Shown here: positions 12,177-22,700 of the stretch, in pieces
Numbering within the stretch: position 1 is the stretch's first letter
Layout of the letters: the number at the start of each line of letters is the position of its first letter
Assembly: GCA_943704425.1 (NCBI GenBank)
Contig: CALSCP010002736.1
Span: 76,332-118,381 of the forward strand
Source: Ministeria vibrans ATCC 50519
Taxonomy: Eukaryota; Protista; Filasterea
Direction: 5' to 3'
Length of the DNA stretch: 42,050 nucleotides
Notes under the pieces: model-generated
Told to the model about the DNA's origin: nothing
The model's input: only the letters and a program-made list of their open reading frames with translations
Databases searched by the model: none
Translations under genes and position numbers: made by a program

Positions 12177-13644
12177 ATGAAGCCCTCCTCCGTCTTTCTG
12201 GTCGTTCTGGCTGCTGCTCTTGTGGCAAATGCCGAGGCAAGCATCAAATTGAAGATGGTATGATAATTATTTCGCTAAATAAGCGAACAAAAAAACTAAC
12301 GCAGTCAGTAGAAAGCTGTCCTTTTCGGATACATTCCCGATGCCGGCAACGACCAGTTTGCCGCGTTGAAATCAAAACTGACGGCTGAATTTGAAAAGTT
12401 GAATCCCACTTTAACCGCTGAATTTGTACTCGACGCAAACATTGATTTGTACTCGCTTGATTCGCTGAGCGAGCTGTACGCCGATCCCTCAAACACCGTG
12501 ATTGAGTTGGACGCTGTGATGATGACCGACGTGGTCATGCGCTCTTGGGTGCTGCAGCAGGAGTATGAGGGAGGTGATTACCTTCCGACTGCCATTGACG
12601 CAGTCACTATTGCGAATCGCAAGTACGCTACTCCTTCGTACGTCTGCACCAACACAGTGTACTCGCGCAAGAATCTTGCTGGGGCTGACACAGAGGCAAA
12701 GCTGGAGGCTATATTGCGAGACACACCCATTAGCAATGACAACGTAAACACATCAAAACAACACAAATCAAAACAAAACAACACAACACAACACTCTCTT
12801 TCCCTCACGCCCAAGTTGCGTCTTCCTTGCCTGTTTAACCTGTACGCGACACTACACGTCTCCTTCCTCCCACTAATCACTTTCCGTCTTCTCTCCTGCC
12901 GCGTCATAGCTTCTTTTCTCATCTATCTCTTCTTAGGTGTACTTGGCGGGGAATATGAAAGGCAGCTGGACACTCCCCGTGCTGTACCTCGACGCATTTG
13001 CCGACAGTACGGACAACGGCGATGCGCTGCATCTGTACAATGCGCTCAGTGTGCCCCTGCAGCAGGCGGATGCTATGGTGCCCCTCACGCGCTTCACAAA
13101 TCTGTGTGCGTTGGGCACGACGGAAAACCCTTGCCTCAGCGGCACGTTTAAGTACAACACAAAGGGCGAGACGATGTTTGCCGAGAAGCGCGCAGTGAGC
13201 TACGTAGGCTACTCGGAAAACTTGTTCAACATCCTGAGCCTGCCAAACACCAACGTACAGGCCAGTGAGCTGTCGGCAGTCCTTGCGCCCGTTGGCAATG
13301 GCAACCGCCCTCTGCTCTTCATTGACGCCCTCACTATCAACGCCCGTTCGCCATTCCTCCGTGAAGCAAAGATTCTCGTCGATTTTCTTGCGTCCCCTTC
13401 TGTCCGCGAAATGCTCTCGTTCTCTCTCGACGCCCCTCAAGGCACCCCTCCTCGCTATCTCCTCCAGGCTCGCAAGGACTTCTACACATCCATCCGCACT
13501 CTCGCCGATCCCATTTACCCGCAGCTCACTCCCGACATTCTCAACCGCGCTCACTACTTCCTTAACTATGGTTACCCCGAGCGTAAAGATGCCGTCAACG
13601 ACGCCATTACAGCCCAGCTCAGCGGTGCTCATGAGGAGCTTTAA
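12177..13644 (+). CDS. Secreted thiaminase I (thiamine pyridinylase, periplasmic-binding-protein fold); 3 exons
   Basis: Signal peptide MKPSSVFLVVLAAALVANAEA, then KAVLFGYIPD, IELDAVMM, YATPSYVCTNTVYSRK (cf. YGLPQILCTN around the catalytic Cys of Paenibacillus thiaminolyticus thiaminase I), YVGYSENL (cf. GFSESM), PLLFIDALTIN, PRYLLQAR. Introns 12258-12311 and 12744-12936. Confidence 0.8.
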
Positions 13645-13711
13645 AGTCTGAAAGAAAACAAACAAAATAAAAAGACACAATTGAGATGTGGACACAAAAG
13701 GAGTAAACTTG

Positions 13712-13960
13712 AAAAAAACTTAAGTACCTCACAGAATATTCGACCCCCTCATGGCTCATGCGCGCGACAGAAGCCGTGAAAAGCTCGTGCAAGATTCCGC
13801 GGCGCTCCAAAGTTAATTTTTTGTAGGTCCGTCGGAAGTCCGTCCCGAGGGCGAAAAACCTCATTGCACCCAAGACAATGTATTTAGCCATCTAAAGCGC
13901 TTCACTCTCACAGCCCGCAGGAGCCGAAGCGGACATTCCGAGAGACTTGCATGCAGAGCC
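13712..13960 (-). ncRNA. Candidate structured RNA or non-autonomous element, unidentified
   Basis: GC-rich intergenic island with nested complementary segments, G-U-compatible on the minus strand, followed by T7. No known family motif recognised. Confidence 0.25.
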
Positions 13961-14165
13961 GTAAATAAATAATTAAATAAATAAATTAAATAAATAAAAA
14001 TAATGGGGGTGGTGGTTTGTGGGGTTGGTGAGGGGTCGGTGAGCACCAATGCTTTTTTGCCGTGCACTACAAAGTACTACTATGGGCGATGATTTGAAAT
14101 CATCGGCCAAATTTTCTGATTTCAAATCAACAATAATTAATTTCTCTTCTTTAATAAATTTTCTT

Positions 14166-16058
14166 ATGCACGCCCTCCTTGCCCTGTCGGCGCCTCTCGC
14201 TCTTCTGATTGTTGCTACTGCTGTGACTTCGTCACACACAGACAACTTTCAGATTGACCCACAAGTCATCTTTACAGTATGTCAACAACAAACTCTCTCC
14301 ACAAACACACGCACAGCCCTCCACAACCCATGTAGACGCGCCCTGACTATCTCTCGGTCACCATCGACCAAGGCCTGTGCCACCATGCGGCTTCCTTCGA
14401 TGCAAAGTCGCCTCTGCTGCGAGCAGTGTCCAAGCACCTCGGTGCGGAGGCACCCACCACCGTCCGCTTTGGCGGCACCGACGGCGACCACAACGCGTAC
14501 GCCCTCCGCCTCCCGCCGCCACCCCTACTCATCTCTTCTGTCGACCCCCCTAGGTACCTCTCGGCCGCGCAGACGTCGCCCTTCGCCCTCGACTCTTGCC
14601 TTCTCTCCGACTCCTTCCTCCTTCAACTTGCCGACTGGTTTGCTTCTGCAAACTTTCGTTTCGTCTTTGGCCTCAACGCGCTCCATCGCAACCGCGACAA
14701 CACCTGGAACAGCACCAATGCCCAACAGCTCTTGGAGTTCTTTCGTGCCAACCATGTCGAAATTTCCGCCTACGAACTCAGCAACGAACGTACTCCCATG
14801 AAACTCTCCTCCCACCTATTCTCTCTCATCCCGCTTTTCTTTCTTTCTCTCCTCTTTCTCTCTCTCTCTCTCTATTGCTGTGTTTCTTTCTTCCTTCTCC
14901 TCTGTCTCAAACTCTCGCTCAAACTCTCTCTCTCAAACTCTCTCTCAAACTCTCTCTCAAACTCTCTCTCAAACTTTCTCTCAAACTCTCAAACTCTCTC
15001 GAACGCTCACTCAAACTCTCAAACTCTCTCAAACTCTCTCTCTCTTAGCTGATCTTTACGCCAAGCACCTCAACATCAGTGTCAGACCGGAACAACTCGC
15101 GCACGACTTTTCGCTGTTGCGCCAGCAACTTCTTCCTTCCTATCCTCTTTATGGATGTGACGTCGCGAGCGATTTGAACTATATGAATGACTTTGCACGC
15201 GCTCTCTCTGACCAATCCACTACTGTTCAGGCGCTTACATGGCACCATTACTATGGCAATTCTGCTCTCTTTAACCAGTCCGACTTTTACAGCCCCAAAG
15301 TGCTCGATTCTCTTCTGGTACACACACTCATATCATGCCCTCATATTCACTCTTCCTTTTTATTTTTATTCTCTTTTTCGTAGAGCAAACTGTCACTCGC
15401 ATCGACCATTGTGATGAACCTTCCGTCGCACGAGCGCCCAGCTCTTTTCCTCGGCGAGACCTCGTCCACCTACGGTGGTGGCACTGGAAATGTCTCTGCG
15501 TCGTTTGCCGCCGGTTTCATGTGGCTCGACAAGCTCTGTCTTGCGCCTCTTTTTAATGTTTCTCTGGTCGCTCGTCAAACATTATACGGCTCACGCTACG
15601 CTCTGGTCGGTTCCGGTGCGGAAAATGACTTTTGGCCCAACCCCGATTACTTCACGTCGATTCTCTTCAAACGACTTGTCGGCACCAAAACCCTGACTGT
15701 GCACGACTGGCACACTCCACTGCGCACTCTGCGCGTCTACTCGTTCTGCAGCGCACACACTCCAGGCGCAGTCACTATTATTGCTCTCAATCTGCGCAAT
15801 GTCACTGCATCCCTTACCTTCTCCGGTGTCTCCTCTTCGCATCGCGCAGAGTACCTTCTCACGTCAGACCCAGAAACTATAGTCTCTCGCTCCATCTTTC
15901 TCAACGGCACTCCACTCAATGTCACTCTGCCTCACTTTGACTTGCCGCCTCTTGAGCCTCTCCTTCGCTCCAACGACGCTCCCTTCCACATGCCCCCTCT
16001 CTCCTATGCCTTTGTTGAGCTCGTCAATGCTAAAGTCCCTTCATGTCACACTCAATAG
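14166..16058 (+). CDS. Heparanase-like glycoside hydrolase family 79; 4 exons
   Basis: Signal peptide MHALLALSAPLALLIVATAVTS; YLSVTID, VRFGGTDGD, FVFGLNAL..WNSTNAQQLL. Acid/base motif YELSNE|P spans an intron. TWHHYY, nucleophile LFLGETSSTYGGG, FAAGFMWLDKL, PNPDYF, LRVYSFC. Confidence 0.92.
14904..15045. repeat. Intronic (TC)nAAAC minisatellite
   Basis: Repeated TCTCTCTCAAAC units in heparanase intron 2. Confidence 0.9.
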
Positions 16059-16700
16059 AAACTTGTTTTTGCGTTTTTTCTTTTCTTATTTTTTGATCTG
16101 GAGTGGAACAACACTTGAACACTAATACTCAAAGCAGACACTCAAGCAAGGGGTACGCTATCAATTGAAGATGGCATAAGCCTCAGAGGACACACCTGCT
16201 GTCTCATTTTAGATAATCATCCTGAAAGTTAGTGTATCTGTCAATTCGATCCAAGTCAATATGACAGCCAGACAGGTGTAACTGAGTACAAATCTGACTA
16301 AGTGGTGTATGAACTATCTTATTCAACTGATTTCGTTAGAGCTGACAGTGACTCTAGAGCTATGAACAGCTGACCTAGTCGAGTTTTTGTCAACCTTATT
16401 AATATGTAAGTTGTAGATTTGTAAGTTGTAGATTACAAAAGTGGAGAGCCAGAGACAGGTTAGATGATGACTAGACAAGTGACGCGATAGTACATTAAAA
16501 AAACTGGGTTTTTCATTTGACTTGCATTTATTCCATAGTTCATACTCTAGTAATAATGATTTTGTTCCGCTTTAAATAGTCAAAACTGAAAACTCATTTT
16601 AATTCATTCACACACACATTTTAATTTACCAACGAAGCAATCGCGGCTTGTATAGAGTAGCATTAAGCATACAGTATCCCCCTCTCACCTACGGAGCACA

Positions 16701-19700
16701 ATGAACACAGCATGGGCGCGGCGGACGCTGTTGATTGTGGCCACTCTGTGTTTGGCTTCTTCACGAGTCGCTGCAGGACATATCGCGGCACTCTCTCAGC
16801 CAGATCTACTGGGTACGTCTTGTCTGCCTGCTTGCCACTTGGCTGCCCTTCGCTGCTGCTGTCTCTTTCTTTTTTTTTTTCCGTTACAATCGCAAAAGAC
16901 GCTTGTTTTTAATCGCAAACATGACACACAGAGTGACGCTGTGTTGTGTCTCCCTTGCACTGCTCCCCCCGCCCCCGCTGGATTGATCCTCTCCTCCAAA
17001 TGCCCCAACAGTGCTGGTCCGGCCCTGCCATGTGCCTCGGGACGCTGTTTTCGCGCCCGTGTGAGCGTTGCCTCACTAAACATCTGTCGGTCATTCGCCA
17101 GTCTCTTGTGGGTTTTGGTTTTGTTTTGTTTTCCTCTGTCGCCCTCGGGAGTGTCTCTTCTGTCCTGGCGCGGATTAATCATTGTCATAGACCTACTTTG
17201 ACGCGCTTGTGCGTGTTCAGGGACTCTTCAATCGTTCTTACCTGAAAGTTTTCAAACACAAAAAAAAAAAAAAAAACGCAACTCTCACTCGAAGTCTCCG
17301 CCCTCTACCATCATACATCCGCAAATTAGTTATAAAAACGTCTTCCCAGTACCTTTGACACATCCAAGTGCCACCGATTCCCTTGTTTACTCACCCACCC
17401 ACCTCCCGTTGCGTTATCTGCGCAGATTGTTCCGGCTCTCCACATGTTGTGATTCGCGAAAGCGTCTCTTTCACCGCACCTCGTCTCTGCCGCGTATCGA
17501 GCCTCCGCATCACGTCCACAGGCTCTCTGAATATTCTCGGAAACCTCACGCTTGAAGCGCGCGAGGGAATAGTTCTGGAGAAAGGCGGACGCCTCCATGC
17601 GACAAGCCACGTCAAAATCAACAAAGAGTTTTCTCCGACGACGCAGTCTGGCGCTGGCGGCTCGCACGCCGGTGCCGGCCAAGGCCAGCCTCGAAACGTC
17701 ACCCAGGGCCACGGAAGCCTTGTGCGTCCGGTCGAGTTTGGTGGATCGACAAACCGCGATGCGGTTGGCGGTGGAGCCATTTCCCTCTCTGCCGCCTACG
17801 TCCTTATTGATGGCCATGTCAGCGTCGTGGGAGGCACTCCAGCCCTCATGAAAGGGTCATGTCTGCCCCAAGGGGGTGGTGCTGGAGGAAGCATTCTGAT
17901 CACCTCGCTGTCCGTGGTGAATGGCTCAGGCGTGTTGGACGCCTCGGGTGGCGATGGCAACGACTGCGGTGGCGGCGGAGGTTCAGCTGGGCGTGTCGCT
18001 GTACATTCACATCAAATTGGGCCGTTGCTCACCTTCCGTACTCGAGCGGGCCACGGCACGTCAGAAAGCGTGGCAACAACAAAAGCCGCTGCTGGAACAG
18101 TTTACCTTGCCAACATCACCGGAACGCATCTCTTCATCAGTGCTCACCTGGACGCGGGCTTGGCCTCTCCAGCATTCGTCCTTGACAAGGAACTGCTTCT
18201 TACCAGCCTACATCTGAATGATGGTGGGCACTTATTAATCAACAAAGGTGCAGACGTGTCTCTCACCGAGCAGCTGGTCGGCGATTGCAGCCTTCGTATC
18301 GTCGTACGCGGACGTTTGGCTGTCAAGCACTCCAGTGGCACCTTACCCGTACAACTTGCTGTTGAATCTTCAGGCGAGCTTGCCTGGGAAGGTCCAATCA
18401 ACGCAGCTTCCCGGGCTTGTACCCTCAACGTTCTTGGGCGGTTCTCAATGGGGCCACTTCGCCTTGGAAACAGCGTCCAGGCCACTATTCAAGTCCCGGA
18501 GCCACACACTTTAGGGCGGCGTGAAGTTCTTGAAGGTACTCAATCTGGCCCACTACAGGTTGAATCACTAACGATCAACGCCGGATCTTCGCTTTCGGTT
18601 GTCGGTGGTGATCTCAGCGTTGCCACGCATGTCACAATGTTGCCACGCTCTACACTAGTGCTTAGTCACAACCTTGTCTCTGGTGGGAGCATCGAGATTG
18701 GAGAAGGAGCCAGCGTCTCTGCAGCCGGGAACATTACGGCCCATGGACCGGTCGACATCCAAGGTGTGTCCGCTGGAGCAGTTGTCACAATGCAGGGCGT
18801 GACGGAGATTGTGTCGAACACCTCCATTGCGGTTGGGCCACTGGCAGTGGTGGATGCCGTCATGGTGAGCGGCAGCGGGCCGTCGCCCGGCTCGGCCAAT
18901 GGCGGAGGAGGAGGACACGCAGGACCAGGCGGCGCATCGGCAGGCGGTCTGCAGTACGGCGACTATGCGTATCCTCGCGAGACTGGTTCGTCCGGCGGCA
19001 GCAACAGCCTTGCGTCGGGATTCGCTGTGCGCGGAGGAGGAGCTGTGCGTCTGCGAGCGCCGAGCGTCACGAATTTTGGAACGGTGCGCGCCAATGGTGC
19101 GACTGGTGTGACTGCAAAATCTCCAAGTCGCGTTACACGTCGACGGTATCTCTCATACACGGTCACCTATGCAAGTGGTGCCGGCTCGGGAGGCTCTGTG
19201 TTGGTTGAGGCCGACACTCTGTTTGGGACAGGGCTGTACTCGGCCGATGGTGGATCGACGTATTCAACAACTGCCACAGCCTCTGGTACGGGGGAGGTGC
19301 TGACACAGGCGGGAGGCGGCAGCGGCGGACACGTGAGCCTGCTGGTTGGTAGTTTGGATGCGGGGTACACGGAGAACACAAAGGCGTCGGCAGGCAGTGG
19401 GCCGGGCGGTGGTGGTGGGGCGGGCACGCGGTACATTTCCGTGGCAGGTGGTTACAAGCGGTTGGTGATGTCAGGCACTGCATCGAATCAGGAGACGACT
19501 GTGTTGACTCGCGTGGTTGACCATGCTCAAGCACAGGTGCCACGCAATCTCAGCGCTGACATCACTGAGCTTGATCTGAGTGGTAGCATCCGAGCGTCGA
19601 TTCGCNNNNNNNGACGACTGTGTTGACTCGCGTGGTTGACCATGCTCAAGCACAGGTGCCACGCAATCTCAGCGCTGACATCACTGAGCTTGATCTGAGT

Positions 19701-22700
19701 GGTAGCATCCGAGCGTCGATTCGTGCAGTTGATTTTCTCTCTCTCACTGAAGTGCAACCAACTGCACATCTCTCTACCACGGCAGCTTCTCGTTGCACAG
19801 CCGTGTTGTATGTTGATGGCGCTTTACAGCTTCCGAGCAACCTCGGTGGTCTCTACTTCTCGACAACCGTCGGCGCCACAGGGACGGTGTCATGGCCTCC
19901 TCCTTATCCTGCGGTCACCACCAGTCCCTGTGAATGTCCTCCCAAGCGCTCCGGCACTTTGTGTACCTCCGTTGCCCCCTGTACCGGTGGAACATTTACG
20001 ACGCAGGCTAGTCTTGACTCTGCTCTTTCTGGTTGTCTGACTGTCTCCACATCTATCGTCATCGCGCCCGCCTCGCCTGAATCAGTGTATTCGTTGGTTT
20101 CACTGGCTTCTCTGGCTTCAATTGCAGGCACACTCACGGTTCAAGCAACGAGCGCGGTGAGCCTGGATCTGTCTTCCCTCACAACTGTTGGTGGCCTTCA
20201 CATTGTTGCCAATGAGTTGCTGACCACTTTTTCGGGCGGTCTTTCAACTGTTTCAGGTGACATGGTCATCGCAGGCAACACGGCACTTTTGCAGCTACCC
20301 GACTCACTCGTCTCCATCTCGGGGATGCTTGTCATTTTCAACAACGGCGCTTTGCAAACCATATCCTCACTCAGCTCGCTGACGTCTACTGGCCCGCTAC
20401 AGATCACCAACAACGTTCTGCTTGCGAGTTTGTATGGTCTACGCAACATTGCACAGATTGCCGGACCCCTGTCCATTGAACAGAACAGTGTCAATATGAC
20501 CGCCTGTCCAGTGCTCGTTCAAAGTCTATTGCAGGCGACGCAGGGCAGCACAAGTGGAACAGTCACCATCTACGGGACGTCACCTGTGAGTGCGGGTATC
20601 CACTTGTCACAAGACTACGTCTGCGCGAATGGGGGTACATGCTCCGACTCTGAACAGGGGAGTGTTTGCCTCTGTCCGTTTGAGTATACGGGAACTTTCT
20701 GCGAGGTGTTCATCTCGGACTGTTTGTCAGCACCTTGCACCAATGCTGGAACATGTGTGCCTAATGCAAACGGTTACTCGTGCGTGTGTCCTGAGTCGCG
20801 TGGTGGTGAAAGATGCGAGGCGTGTGCCCCTCATTTCTACACGGCAGAGTGTGTTCCGTGTAGCGGCCAGTGTTTGAACGGCGAGTGTGACGATGGTGTT
20901 GTCGGCTCAGGCGATTGTCTTGCATGCCCCAGCAACTTCTATTCTACTGCCTGTATTGGTTGCAACTGCAATGGAAACGGAGATTGTGATGACGGTGTTG
21001 CGGGGCTTGGGACGTGTACTTGTTTTCCTGGCTGGACAGGCACCTCATGCGAGACACCACTTGCATCGTGCACGCGCGCTCCCTGCTTGAACGGCGCAAC
21101 CTGTTTTGATGGTGGTAGCACCACCAATTTTTTCTGCTCGTGCTCCACGGGCTACCAGGGTCTCCAATGCGAACATGATATTGATGAGTGTGTTGAGAAC
21201 GTTGAAACGTTGCCGTGTCTTGCAAACGTGAATGAATGCCTCAATGTGAATGGTACCTTTAACTGTGTGTGCTCGAGCGGCACGTTTGGCCCAGCGGGCG
21301 TTGCTGCTGCGGCAACAACGTGTACGAGCTGCAGCCTCTGTACTGGTACAACCACCGCACAAGTGTGCGACCCTGTGTCGGGATCTTGTATATGCGAAGT
21401 TGGGTACACTGGTGTTGCCTGTGATCAACTGGCAGCGGGTGTTTGTCCCCCACGGACCACTCAGCAGAGCCCAAACTCTGTTCCAGTTGGTGTGGGCTGT
21501 GCTCGTGGGCAGCTTGGAGATGAGTGCACGGACACATGTTTCTTTGGATTTGAGCGGACCTCCGGTACCGGCGTGGCTACATGTTCTGTTGGCGGGTGGA
21601 GTGTGCCCGAAGGCTCCTGTATCACACCCTGTCCCAGCGTGCCTCCGCCCGAGAATGGTGCAGGCACATGCGTTGAGACTGCTTCGGTGTCGTTGCAATG
21701 CGTCCAGTCGTGTCAGCCTGGCTATCAAGTGGTGGGCACGGCAGCACGAAACTGCACTGATGGAATTTGGTCGGGCACCGCCGTCTCGTGCATTGCTATT
21801 GACGAATGCGCCTCCTCTCCTTGTCAGAACGGTGGTCTTTGTACAGATTCTCATCTGACAGTCTCTTGTGACTGTACTGGCACGGGTTTTCTTGGAGATC
21901 TTTGCGAGACTCCAGAGCCTCTTCCGTGCGATAGCTCACCGTGTGTCAATGGAGGTGCCTGCCAGCCACTTTCGACTGACAAATTTTCGTGTGACTGTAG
22001 CAGGACGGGAGCTGTTGGCTCACTGTGCGAAACGTTGGTCGACGAGTGTGCTTCGTCTCCTTGCAACAACGCAGGATCCTGTATTGATGGACTGTTCTCG
22101 TTTGCGTGCAACTGCTCCGCGACTGGCTTTGATGGAGAACTATGTGATGCGCCCATTAATGAGTGTGCTTCGTCTCCTTGTCAAAATGGAGGCGAATGCA
22201 CGGACGGACCGTGGGGGTATACGTGCGCATGTCCACCCGGCTTCGCGGGGGCGCAGTGCTCCTCCAACCCGTTCAATTGCTTGTCGTCTCCATGTGCTCC
22301 TAGGGCAACATGCATTGAGGGTGTTGATAGCTTTGTCTGCGACTGCCCCACGGGTACCACAGGTGTTTTGTGCACGCTCGACATTGACGAGTGCGCATCC
22401 TCGCCGTGTCAGAATGGTGCAACTTGTTTTGACTTGGCGGGTGAGGCTTCATACACCTGCGCCTGTCCTGCTGGACAAACGGGCTCGCTGTGCGAAGTGA
22501 CCCTTCACTGTGAATCCGCCCCATGCCTTAACGCCGGGACGTGCACAGAGAGTCTTGGCGGTGCGCTTTGTGCTTGTAATGTGCTTTATACCGGCGATCG
22601 CTGCGAGTTTGCAATTGATTTGTGTGAATCAAGCCCCTGTGTCGGTGTTGGTGCGTCGTGCGTGTTCCTTCCTCCAAGCTTTTTCACCTGTCGGTGTGGT

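Noticed and set aside
13645-14050. TPP riboswitch, or U1/U2/U3 snRNA, next to the thiaminase gene
   Set aside because: No CUGAGA/CCUGAU TPP core. ATTGCAC and Sm-like motifs occur, but the invariant U1/U2/U3 5' sequences are absent.
17368-19626. 752-aa ORF as a separate gene upstream of the kinase ORF, or a programmed frameshift
   Set aside because: The frame break coincides with an N-gap flanked by an exact ~110-bp duplication. Removing one copy gives a continuous frame.
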